Shown here: one piece after another, positions 55,357 through 64,000 of the stretch
Numbering within the stretch: the first letter of the stretch is position 1
Layout: every line of letters begins with the position of its first letter
Notes under the pieces: model-generated
Database searches by the model: none
Seen by the model: only the letters and a program-made list of their open reading frames with translations
What the model was told of the DNA's origin: nothing
Assembly: GCA_032128115.1 (NCBI GenBank)
Contig: JAQBHB010000047.1
Span: 64,001 to 128,000, forward strand
Length of the DNA stretch: 64,000 nt
Direction: 5' to 3'
From: Deltaproteobacteria bacterium
GTDB taxonomy: Bacteria; Myxococcota_A; UBA9160; SMWR01
Program-made: the position numbers and the translations under genes

Positions 55357-56610
55357 TTGGACCGTCAGCCGAAGCACCCCCGCGAGTTCGATCCTTTCGA
55401 CCCGGGCGTCTTGGAAGACCCGTGGGACTTCTTCGCGGCGCTGCGCAGGGAGGCTCCGGTCTTCCAATTACCCGGTGGGGTCTACACCGTCATCAGTCGC
55501 TTCGAGGACGTGCGACAGGCCGCGCTGTGTCCGGAAACGTTTTCGTCGAACCTGGTGGCGCTGCTCATGCAGGGCGAGGCCACGGGCGACAGCCCGAGTG
55601 TCTTCGAAGTGCCCACTGGCTTCGCGCAAGCCGTCGATGTGCTCGCCATTGCGGACGCCCCGGACCACACACGCCAGCGCAAGCTCTCGAACAAGGCCTT
55701 CTCCATGCGGCGCGTCTCGGGCATCGAGCCGCGCCTGCGCACCCTGGCGGAGAATCTGGTGGCTGGGTTCCTCTCGCGAGGCAGGGCGGATTGGGTCAGG
55801 GAGATGGCGGTGCCACTGCCTGTCACCATCATCGCCGAACTCATCGGCCTTCCGTTGGCCGACACGCAAGATCTCAAGCGTTGGTCCGACGCATCGGTCG
55901 CTCTGTTGAGCGGCATCAACGCGCCGGAGCAATTGAGAGCCAACGCACGTGAGGTCAGCGCAATGTTCGAGTACCTGGCGAAGCAATTCGATTCCGGCTG
56001 TCATGCACCCGGAAATGACGTCCTGGGTGACTTGATCAGGGCCTCGCAAGATCCGAACAACGCGCTGCGCCGCGACGAGGTCGTTTCGATCCTGGTGCAG
56101 CTGCTCACGGCGGGAAACGAGACGACCACCAGCTTGATCGGCAGTGCTCTCATGCTGATGCTGAAGCACCCGGATCTGGAGGCGCGCCTGCGTGGAGACA
56201 CGAGCCTCCTGGAGCCCTTCATCGAAGAGGCCATTCGCCTCGAATCTCCCTTCTATGGGCATTTTCGCGTGGTGCGAAGAGACACCGAGGTGGCGGGCGC
56301 TCCGCTCGCCGAAGGTACGCGGTTGATGCTGCTGTGGGCATCGGCGAATCGGGACGAGAACGAGTTCGAAAGGCCGGAAGAAATCGACTTGAATCGACGC
56401 AATCTCAGGGGACACCTGAGCTTCGGTATCGGCGTTCACTACTGCATCGGTGCAGCACTCGCGCGTCTCGAGACGCGCGTGGCGCTGGAGACCCTGCTGG
56501 CCCGCACCCGCTCACTCAGCCTCGCCCGAGAGAATGACTTCAGCCACGTGCCGAGCCTGTTCGTTCGCAGCCTGAATGCGCTGCACGTCGAGTTCGACCC
56601 GGTCCCTTGA
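55357..56610 (+). CDS. Cytochrome P450
   Basis: AGNETT, EAIR (ExxR), FGIGVHYCIG. Confidence 0.93.
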   Translation: MDRQPKHPREFDPFDPGVLEDPWDFFAALRREAPVFQLPGGVYTVISRFEDVRQAALCPETFSSNLVALLMQGEATGDSPSVFEVPTGFAQAVDVLAIADAPDHTRQRKLSNKAFSMRRVSGIEPRLRTLAENLVAGFLSRGRADWVREMAVPLPVTIIAELIGLPLADTQDLKRWSDASVALLSGINAPEQLRANAREVSAMFEYLAKQFDSGCHAPGNDVLGDLIRASQDPNNALRRDEVVSILVQLLTAGNETTTSLIGSALMLMLKHPDLEARLRGDTSLLEPFIEEAIRLESPFYGHFRVVRRDTEVAGAPLAEGTRLMLLWASANRDENEFERPEEIDLNRRNLRGHLSFGIGVHYCIGAALARLETRVALETLLARTRSLSLARENDFSHVPSLFVRSLNALHVEFDPVP

Positions 56611-56641
56611 ATTGCCGACCCCAGGACGCCAGCGCCACGTA

Positions 56642-56674
56642 TTGATGGGAACCTCAATCGGCGTTTTCGCAGGG
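56642..56674 (+). repeat. 33-bp direct repeat, right copy
   Basis: ttgatgggaacctcaatcggcgttttcgcaggg. Confidence 0.75.
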
Positions 56675-56840
56675 TCGCCGCAATGCAGCGATGAAGCCCG
56701 GAAGGCCTCCCCCCACGGATTGGGTGCACGGGGGGCTGATGGTCAACAGAAGTCCGGGCACATGGTCTACACCTCGTCGTTGTCGGCCTTGGGCGTCGAG
56801 ATCCCCGGCAGCCGTAGCTCCTTCACGATCCCGGCCCTGG

Positions 56841-57725
56841 CTACAGGTAGAGGCCAAGCCCCTGGCCGGGCTTGATACGCGGCTCCTCCCGGTTCCCGCG
56901 CTCCGTCAGCACCTCGTGGTGCGTGGCGCCGCCGAACATCTGCTTGAGCCGGTCGTCCCACTCATCGGCCGTCCGGGCAACGACGTCGATCGTGAAGCCG
57001 AGTGTTTCTTCGTTGAGCGTGTCGCCGAGAAGTGTTTCGTCGAACCAGATCGCGTTGTGTTCCGCATCGAGGGCGAAGCGCCCGAAGGTGAGCCCGAAGT
57101 TGAGCCGCGCCAGGAAGAGCCCCAGCTCCGGCGCCACCACCACGCCCACGTTCGTGACGGCGAATACGCGCACGACGGCCGGCCCCCCGGGCAGGGCGCG
57201 TGGGGCCACCACCACCTGCACATCGCCGATCGCCAGGAGGTAGTCGCCGTCCGGGTCCTGCTCCACGTCTCCGTCGATCATCCCGCCGATCACGCTTTCG
57301 ACGCGCTCCCGCACCTCGGCGAGCTTGATGCGCGCGTCGTGCTCGGCCTTGTGGCTTCCGTGCAGTACGTCCACGGCGATGTCCGGCTTCTCCTCGAAGA
57401 GTTCGCTCAGGAGGCTCCACATGAGATCTACGACGGTGTCGGAGTCTGGGGCGACGCGCAGCCACGGGCTCTTGGGGTCGGCCGGGTCCTCGCAGGCGAA
57501 GCCGCGCTCCAGCAGGGCCGCCCGCGCCGTTTCCGGCAGCTCCGGTGCGCCCGCGGGGCGACCCGGGACCCGCACCTCGAGTCCCTGATCCTCCCGGCGG
57601 GTCGCCTCGAGCCTGTGAAGCGGCCGCCCCACCGGGCTCACCGCCACGAAGTGGAAGGGTTCGAGCCCCTCGACCTCTCCGCGGAGATAGGCGTTCGTCG
57701 CGTCGCGGTTGCCCATCCGGGCCAT
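56841..57725 (-). CDS. YbjN / T3SS-chaperone-like (TY-Chap) domain protein
   Basis: DPDGDY, VVRVFAVT, LARLNFGLTFGRF, LLGDTL, ADEWDD.L..FGG. Confidence 0.72.
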   Translation of the reverse strand: MARMGNRDATNAYLRGEVEGLEPFHFVAVSPVGRPLHRLEATRREDQGLEVRVPGRPAGAPELPETARAALLERGFACEDPADPKSPWLRVAPDSDTVVDLMWSLLSELFEEKPDIAVDVLHGSHKAEHDARIKLAEVRERVESVIGGMIDGDVEQDPDGDYLLAIGDVQVVVAPRALPGGPAVVRVFAVTNVGVVVAPELGLFLARLNFGLTFGRFALDAEHNAIWFDETLLGDTLNEETLGFTIDVVARTADEWDDRLKQMFGGATHHEVLTERGNREEPRIKPGQGLGLYL

Positions 57726-57900
57726 GGTACTCGGCACCTCGCCGGAGGGGGCAATTTCTTCCGGCTCGAAGTCCCCCGACGCCCCCCGCGCCGCACCCAC
57801 CCGGCCGGATCCCGGGCACCGCGGCGGCGCTGGCGCCTTGTTGTCGGGCGGCGCTTGCGGAATGCTAGGGCCTTGCCACGCGGATACGGAGGTGCGACTC

Positions 57901-58218
57901 GTGGGCGAATTCGACGCGATCAGGAAGCGGCTCGAGGGCCGGCTCGACAATCTCGTCGAGCGCGTCTCCAGGATCGAACGGGATATGCGGAAGCCTGGAC
58001 ACCCGGACTCGGGGGAGCAGGCCACGGAACTCGAGAACCAGGAGGTGCTGGAGAAACTGGAGCTGGCCGAGACCCGCGAGGCAGACGACATCCGCAACGC
58101 CCTGGCCAGAATCGAGTCGGGAACCTACGGAGCCTGTGGTCATTGCGGAGAACGGATCGACTCCAGACGCCTCGAGGCCGTCCCGTTCGCGAATACGTGC
58201 ATCGGCTGCGCCGAGTAG
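57901..58218 (+). CDS. TraR/DksA family zinc-finger protein
   Basis: DSGEQA coiled-coil tip; ALARIESGTYGACGHCGE..RLEAVP...CIGC; GGAGGT RBS. Confidence 0.9.
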   Translation: MGEFDAIRKRLEGRLDNLVERVSRIERDMRKPGHPDSGEQATELENQEVLEKLELAETREADDIRNALARIESGTYGACGHCGERIDSRRLEAVPFANTCIGCAE

Positions 58219-58393
58219 ATCAGAGCGGGACTCTCGAGGCGGCTGCGATTCGCAACGTGCGATCCTTCGATCGGGCGGAATGACGTTGCGACAGCGACCT
58301 GGCCCCCTACGTAGGCCTCGGGCGGCGTTCTCGGAGCCACAGGTGAGCTACGTTTCCGCCGTCCCCCTCGAACCGGGACGGCTGAGAGCCGCC

Positions 58394-60232
58394 ATGCACT
58401 GGGCCGACAAGATCGCCCTTCGCGCCGAAGGGCCGCAGCTGGTGAACGACTCGAAGACGCCGTCTGGGCGGGTCCACGTGGGCGCGCTGCGCGGCGTGCT
58501 GATCCACGATGCGATCGCCCGGGCGCTGCGCGATCGCGACATCCCCGTGCGTTACCAGTTCGGAGTGGACGACTACGACCCGCTGGACGAGCTGCCTGCC
58601 GGCCAGGAGGAGTTCTTCCGCCCGTGGCTGGGTCGTCCCCTGTGCGACGTGCCGGCGCCCCCGGACAGCCCCGCCGGCGACATGGCCGAGCACTTCATTT
58701 CCGAGTTCTTCGAGATCTTCGACGAGCTGGGGGTGAAGACCGAGCGTTACCGCATGCGCGACGTCTACCGCGAGGGCCGTTTCAACGAGGCCATCGACGT
58801 GATCCTGAAGCACGCGGACCAGGTGCGGCGCATCTACCGGGAGGTGAGCGGCTCGGTCAAGGAGGACGTCTGGTACCCCTTCAATCCCGTCTGTGAGCAG
58901 TGCGGGCGCATCGCCAGCACCCTCGTCACGGCCTACGAGGGCGGTCAGGTCACCTACACCTGCCGCAACGAGGCCCTGGGGGTGGGGGAATCCTGCGGGC
59001 AAACGGGCACGGTCTCGCCCTTCGACGGCCGGGGCAAGCTGCCGTGGAAGCTCGAGTGGGTGGCCAAGTGGCACGTGATGGGCGTAACGATCGAGGGCGC
59101 CGGCAAGGACCACACCACCAAGGGGGGATCCCGCGACGTGGGCGATCGTTGCCTGCGCGAGATCTTCCAGAAGGAGCCGCCCCGGAACATCCCGTACGAG
59201 TTCTTCCTGTTCGGGGGCGCCAAGATGAGTTCCTCCAGGGGTCTGGGCGCCTCGGCTCGTGACGTGGCCGACATCCTGCCGCCGGAGATCCTGCGCTTCC
59301 TGATGATCCGGACCCAGCCCAACCGACCTGTGGAGTTCTCGGGCGAGCGCGAGCAGATCGTGAAGCTCTATAACGAGTTCGACCGCTACCACGAGCGTTC
59401 CCACAACGAGCCGGCGGCGCGTGACGACGAGAAGCGCGCGTACCAGCTCTCGTTGGTCGATCCGGAGAACGAGCAGGGCTACTTCTACACTGCGAGCTTC
59501 CCGTTGGTGTTGACGCTGCTCACCATGCCGCACCTGGATCTGGCGCGGGAGATCGAGAAGCGCAAGGGAAGTGCGCTCGACGACCACGAGCACCGCGATC
59601 TCGAGCAGCGCGTGGCCCGTGCCCGGGCCTGGGTGGAGCGCTACGGCGACGAGGCCGATCGGAGCGCCGTTCAAGAGAAACTTCCGGCGAGCGCGGATTC
59701 GCTCTCGGCTGCGCAGTGCGGCTTCCTGCACCAGCTGGCCGATCTGGTCGACACCGCGCCGTGGGAAGAGGAGGGACTCCAGGCCCGGATATTCGATGCC
59801 GCGCGGCTCACTCCGGTCGCCGCCGGCCAGGCCTTCGAGGCCTTCTATCGCGTGTTCCTCGACTGCGAGCGCGGGCCGCGGGGAGGCAGCCTGCTGTCGT
59901 TCCTGGGCCGCGAGTTCTCGGTGGGTCGTCTGCGCCAGGTGGCCTGCAACCCGAGCCAGGTGTGGGAGGCCACGGCCATCTGCGAGTCGGATCTGGGCGA
60001 GTGGATCGCCAAGAACCACAAGAAGATCGACGCCGCGCAAGCGTGCATGCGGACGTCGGAATCCGGCGCCAGCTATCTCGAGGTGCGGGCAACCTTCAGC
60101 AACGGTCGCCAGTTCCTGCAGCGGGTCACGTTGGGGGGCGGCGCCGAGCCGGATGCGCGCGCGGTGCTTTCGCGCATTGCCAGCGAGCGCGATTTCGAGA
60201 TCGGGTGGGCCGAGAATCAGACCGGGAAGTAG
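58394..60232 (+). CDS. lysS: Class I lysyl-tRNA synthetase with C-terminal extension
   Basis: MHWAD, PSGRVHVG (HIGH-like), Zn-ribbon cysteines, KLPWK.EW..KW, GKDH, KMSSS, GPR. Confidence 0.95.
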   Translation: MHWADKIALRAEGPQLVNDSKTPSGRVHVGALRGVLIHDAIARALRDRDIPVRYQFGVDDYDPLDELPAGQEEFFRPWLGRPLCDVPAPPDSPAGDMAEHFISEFFEIFDELGVKTERYRMRDVYREGRFNEAIDVILKHADQVRRIYREVSGSVKEDVWYPFNPVCEQCGRIASTLVTAYEGGQVTYTCRNEALGVGESCGQTGTVSPFDGRGKLPWKLEWVAKWHVMGVTIEGAGKDHTTKGGSRDVGDRCLREIFQKEPPRNIPYEFFLFGGAKMSSSRGLGASARDVADILPPEILRFLMIRTQPNRPVEFSGEREQIVKLYNEFDRYHERSHNEPAARDDEKRAYQLSLVDPENEQGYFYTASFPLVLTLLTMPHLDLAREIEKRKGSALDDHEHRDLEQRVARARAWVERYGDEADRSAVQEKLPASADSLSAAQCGFLHQLADLVDTAPWEEEGLQARIFDAARLTPVAAGQAFEAFYRVFLDCERGPRGGSLLSFLGREFSVGRLRQVACNPSQVWEATAICESDLGEWIAKNHKKIDAAQACMRTSESGASYLEVRATFSNGRQFLQRVTLGGGAEPDARAVLSRIASERDFEIGWAENQTGK

Positions 60233-60264
60233 CGGCGGGCCGCGCGCACACGCAGGTCAGCAAG

Positions 60265-62229
60265 CTAGGCGCCGGGGTTCTCGATCAGCGCGCGCAGCTT
60301 ACGGACGCTGTCGGCCTGCCCGACCACGAGCAGGCGGTCCCCCACATGCAGCGTGAGGTCCGGGCTGGGACTCGTGGTCGCCGCCCCGTTTCGGTGGAGG
60401 GCCACGACGCTCGCGCCGGTGCGCCGCCGCACTTCGAGCGACGCCAGCGTGGCGCCTTCGAGGAGCCCGGCTCCGACCTCGAGCCACACCGATCCCACCT
60501 CGCTCAGCACCTCCGCCAACCAGGGGTCGAGGATCGCCTCAGGCGTTCGCAGGAAGACGTAGCCCTCCTCGCGCAGCTCGGCCGAGAAGCGCGCGGCGGA
60601 GTCCTCGGGGACGCCAAACCGATGGAGCATCTCGCGGAGCAACTCGAGGGTCGACTCGAGATCCTGGGCAACGACCTTCGTGGCTCCGGCCGACTGCAGT
60701 GCATCGACGTGGGCCACGTAGTGCGTGCGCGCCAGGATGATTGCGCGCGGTGCGAGTCGGCGGGCCAGGCTCACGACCTCGCGCGTCGCCTCGAAATCCG
60801 GCAGGGCCACCACGACCAGCTGGGCCCTGGCGGTGCCGACCCGCTCGAGGATCGAGCGTCGGGTGGCGTCGCCGAACACCACGGGCTCGCCTCGCCGCGT
60901 GGCCTCCCGCACGGTCACGGCATTGGTCTCGATCGCGGAGTAGGAGATGCCCTGCGCCTTGAGAACACGTGAGAGGTTCTGGCCCGTGACACCGAATCCC
61001 ACGAGCACCACATGGTCGCCCGCGGATGCGGGCGCCTCGGAGGGCGCGGCCTCGCCCCGGTCGCTGCGGCGCGAAAGCCAGGACGCGACCCGGGGCGCAC
61101 TTGCGATCAGGAAGGGCGTGGCCAGGAGCGTGGCAATCGAACCGGCGATGAAGACCTGGCGCAGGCGAGCGTCGAGCAGCCCCGCATCGGCCGCGGCGGC
61201 CGCCAGTACGAAGGAGAACTCGCCGGTCTGGGCGAGCGCCAGGCCCGTGAGAACCCCGATGCGGACGCTCAGCCGGAGCACGCTCGAGACGATCAGCGTC
61301 ACGAGCCCTGCCTTGAGCACGACCACGCCCACGGTGTAGGCGAGCACCGCGGGCCATACCGCCAGCGCGGCGCGCGGGTCGAAGAGCATCCCTACGGCGG
61401 TGAAGAACACGCCGAGCAGCACGCCGCGCAGGGGAGCCACCTCGGCGAAAAGCTGATGGGAGTAGGGGGAGGCCGACAGGACGAGTCCACCCACGAAGGC
61501 GCCCACGGAGTGGGTGAGACCGATCTTTTCGGCGATCACCGCCGATCCCATCACCACGAGGAAGGCCACCATGGTGAAGAGCTCGCGCGAGCGGGCCAGG
61601 GCCACGCGGTCGAGCAGGCGTGGCAGGAGAACGCGAGCCAGCACGCCGAGGAGCACGAGCGCCCCGGCCGCGCGCAGGATCGCGCCGGCGAGCGCACTCG
61701 TCCCGGCACCTGTCCCGGAAGCGAGGATCGGTACCGCCAGCAGGAACGGAACGATGCACAGATCCTGGAAGAGCAGGATTCCCAGCGCCAGCTGTCCGTG
61801 GGGCGCATCGATCTCCGAGCGCTTCGAGAGCAGCCGCATCACCAGCGCGGTGCTCGACATGGCGACCAGGGCCCCCAGCACGACGGCGGAACGCGCCTCC
61901 AGCCCGAGTCCGACGGACACGCCCGCCGTGCAAGCGACGGTGAGCGCCACCTGGAATCCGCCCGCCACCAGCGCCCGGCGCCACAGGCGGCGCACGCGGT
62001 CCAGTGGCAGCTCGAGGCCGATCTCGAAGAGAAGGAAGACGACGCCGAACTCGGCAAGCGTGCGCACGCGGTCGACATCGGCGATCAGGCTCAGACCGCC
62101 AGGCCCCACCAGGGCGCCCATGACGAGGAAGCCGCCGATCAACGGGAGGCGAAGCCGCGCGAAGAGCGCCGCACCCGCCGTCGCCACGGCGAGTAGCAGA
62201 AGCACTTCGCTGAGGAATTCGTGCGGCAA
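60265..62229 (-). CDS. CPA2/Kef-type cation:proton antiporter with TrkA-N and TrkA-C domains
   Basis: AEFGVVFLLFEIGLE, SSTA, LLFQD, GEFSFVL, VGFGVTG, VFGDAT. Confidence 0.93.
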   Translation of the reverse strand: MPHEFLSEVLLLLAVATAGAALFARLRLPLIGGFLVMGALVGPGGLSLIADVDRVRTLAEFGVVFLLFEIGLELPLDRVRRLWRRALVAGGFQVALTVACTAGVSVGLGLEARSAVVLGALVAMSSTALVMRLLSKRSEIDAPHGQLALGILLFQDLCIVPFLLAVPILASGTGAGTSALAGAILRAAGALVLLGVLARVLLPRLLDRVALARSRELFTMVAFLVVMGSAVIAEKIGLTHSVGAFVGGLVLSASPYSHQLFAEVAPLRGVLLGVFFTAVGMLFDPRAALAVWPAVLAYTVGVVVLKAGLVTLIVSSVLRLSVRIGVLTGLALAQTGEFSFVLAAAAADAGLLDARLRQVFIAGSIATLLATPFLIASAPRVASWLSRRSDRGEAAPSEAPASAGDHVVLVGFGVTGQNLSRVLKAQGISYSAIETNAVTVREATRRGEPVVFGDATRRSILERVGTARAQLVVVALPDFEATREVVSLARRLAPRAIILARTHYVAHVDALQSAGATKVVAQDLESTLELLREMLHRFGVPEDSAARFSAELREEGYVFLRTPEAILDPWLAEVLSEVGSVWLEVGAGLLEGATLASLEVRRRTGASVVALHRNGAATTSPSPDLTLHVGDRLLVVGQADSVRKLRALIENPGA

Positions 62230-62239
62230 CGCTAGGGAG

Positions 62240-62698
62240 TCAGGCGGGGTAGTACCGGCTGATCGTGTCGATCACGCAGCCCGGCCGCTCACTGCCTTCT
62301 ACCTCGATGGTGACGCGGATCTTGGCCTGGAAGGTGCCCTTGATCTCCTCCACGGCCACTACCTCGGCGCTGCCGCGCACGCGCGAGCCCACGGGCACGG
62401 GAGCCGGGAAGCGCACCCGATCGGCGCCGTAGTTGATCCCCATGGAAATACCCCGCACTTCGATGATCTGGGGCAGGAAGAAACTCGCCAGCGACTGCGT
62501 CAGGTAGCCGTGGGCGATGGTGGTGCCGAAGGGCCCGGCCCTGGCGCGCTCTGGGTCCACGTGGATCCACTGATGGTCACCGGTGGCCTCGGCGAACTGG
62601 TTGATGCGCTCCTGGGTGATTTCGAGCCAGTCGCTGTGACCCAGGGGCTTGCCGACGGCGCCCTGCAGGTCTTTGGGGCTCTCGAATACGGTGGGCAT
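62240..62698 (-). CDS. MaoC family dehydratase
   Basis: FAEATGDHQWIHVDPERA..TIAHG, NYG.DRVRFP. Confidence 0.93.
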   Translation of the reverse strand: MPTVFESPKDLQGAVGKPLGHSDWLEITQERINQFAEATGDHQWIHVDPERARAGPFGTTIAHGYLTQSLASFFLPQIIEVRGISMGINYGADRVRFPAPVPVGSRVRGSAEVVAVEEIKGTFQAKIRVTIEVEGSERPGCVIDTISRYYPA

Positions 62699-62722
62699 GG
62701 CGGGTTCCTCCGGCCCCTGGGC

Positions 62723-63505
62723 TCAGGGGTGCTGGTTGCTTACCGCCAGCGACTCACCCGTCATGTAGGAAGACAGGTCGCTGGCGAGAAACACGATCAC
62801 GTTGGCCACCTCCCACGGCTCGGCCGCGCGCCCGAAGGCTTCGCGCTGGGTCAGCTCCTGCAGCAGGCCGTCGGGCGTCACCTTCGACAGGAACTCGTGC
62901 ATGGCCAGACTGGGAGCCACGGCGTTGATGCGCACGCCCGACTCCGCGGCCTCGATGGCCGCGCAGCGGGTCAGCGCCATCACGCCGGCCTTGGCCGCCG
63001 CGTAGTGGGCCTGGCCCTCCTGGGCGCGCCAGGCGAGCACCGAGGCATTGTTCACGATGGCGCCCGAGCCGCGCTCGATCATGTGGGGAAGCACGGCGCG
63101 CATCATGCGGAAGGTTCCGTTGAGGGTCACGTCAAGCACCTTGCCCCACTGGTCGTCGGTCATGTCCACGATGCGCGCGTGGCCGCCGAGTCCCGCGTTG
63201 TTCACCAGGACGTCCACGTGGCCCAGGGACGAGACGGCGGCGTCGATCAGGGCGCGCACCTGGTTCTCGCTGGTCACGTCGCAGCGCTGGGTGGCGGGGC
63301 GCGTGCCCGTGTGTTTTTCCAGCTGGTCGGCGGCTTCGCCAAGTCTTCGCTCGTGCATGTCGCTCAGCATCACGCGGGCGCCTTCTTCGGCGCAGCGTTT
63401 TGCGGCGGCGAAGCCGATCCCGGTGCCGGCGGCGGCGGTCACCAGCACCGTCTTGCCAGCGAGGAGGTTGCGACCCGGGGGATAGGGCGGGGCGGTCGGT
63501 GTCAC
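62723..63505 (-). CDS. ipdF: IpdF-like SDR (HIP-CoA pathway oxidoreductase)
   Basis: VTAAAGTGIG, SD.HERRLGE, QAHYAAAKAG, EAFGRAAEPWEVA match the Rv3559c family from memory. Confidence 0.82.
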   Translation of the reverse strand: MTPTAPPYPPGRNLLAGKTVLVTAAAGTGIGFAAAKRCAEEGARVMLSDMHERRLGEAADQLEKHTGTRPATQRCDVTSENQVRALIDAAVSSLGHVDVLVNNAGLGGHARIVDMTDDQWGKVLDVTLNGTFRMMRAVLPHMIERGSGAIVNNASVLAWRAQEGQAHYAAAKAGVMALTRCAAIEAAESGVRINAVAPSLAMHEFLSKVTPDGLLQELTQREAFGRAAEPWEVANVIVFLASDLSSYMTGESLAVSNQHP

Positions 63506-64000
63506 CGGGGCTCCCTCGGCAGGCCGAGGGCGCGCTCGCCGATGATGTTGCGCTGGATCTCATTGGATCCCGCGTAGATGGTGTCGGATCGGGTGAACAA
63601 GAACAGTCGTTGCAGGCGCGTCAGCTGATAGGGTGTGGCGCCGTCGGCGATCTCCGACTCGGCTCCCAGCACGTCCATGGCCAGCTTTCCCAGGCCGCGG
63701 TGCCAGGTGGCCCAGTAGATCTTGGTGATCATGGCCTCGCGCGCCAGCTCGGCGCCCTCGCTCTTGGACAGCATGCGCAGTGCGTTGGCACGCATGATCT
63801 CGAGGCCGATCCAGGCGTCGGCCAGCCGCTGGCGCATCACCGGGTCGCGGGCCGAGCCGTTGCGCTTCGCGATCTCGAAGATCTGATCGAGCTCGTTGCG
63901 GAAGGCCATCTGCTGTCCCAGCGTCATGGCGCCGCGCTCGAATGCGAGCGTTCCCATGGCCACCTTCCAACCATCCCCGGGCTGCCCCACCACGTTCTCG
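63502..64000 (-). CDS. ipdE1: Acyl-CoA dehydrogenase IpdE1/FadE30-like, 5' part outside window
   Basis: GTLAFERG, WATWHR.LG, QRLFLFTRSDTIYAGSNEIQRNII. Confidence 0.8.
   Translation of the reverse strand, partial: ENVVGQPGDGWKVAMGTLAFERGAMTLGQQMAFRNELDQIFEIAKRNGSARDPVMRQRLADAWIGLEIMRANALRMLSKSEGAELAREAMITKIYWATWHRGLGKLAMDVLGAESEIADGATPYQLTRLQRLFLFTRSDTIYAGSNEIQRNIIGERALGLPREPR

Noticed and set aside
56654..56857. Small ORFs between the second P450 and the YbjN-like gene
   Set aside because: Short, no RBS or motif; may be remnants but unsupported

Overview
GC-rich (roughly 65-70% by eye) bacterial chromosomal segment with about 57 protein-coding genes. I saw no rRNA, tRNA, CRISPR array or transposase. 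Gene content suggests a Myxococcota/Deltaproteobacteria-like organism (inference). Left to right: steroid C/D-ring (HIP) catabolism-like SDR/acyl-CoA dehydrogenase genes; a type IV pilus minor-pilin/PilY1 operon; a Rieske oxygenase/PQQ dehydrogenase/amidohydrolase cluster; envelope-modification genes; citrate synthase; a four-gene NapC/NirT + NirB-like cytochrome + decaheme MtrA + MtrB porin extracellular electron transfer operon lacking MtrC; a surface-glycan region with a decayed TylF methyltransferase; four CBS proteins around a WS/DGAT with back-to-back sigma54-like promoters; a P450-dehydrogenase-P450 cassette flanked by 33-bp direct repeats; a class I LysRS; a Kef antiporter; and more HIP-catabolism genes (ipdF, ipdE1). 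The best candidate for an under-described system is the NirT-NirB-MtrAB conduit, followed by a DHH-like hydrolase fused to an apparently catalytically dead CPBP membrane domain. All product calls come from motif recognition, not database searches, and several starts were re-chosen by eye.
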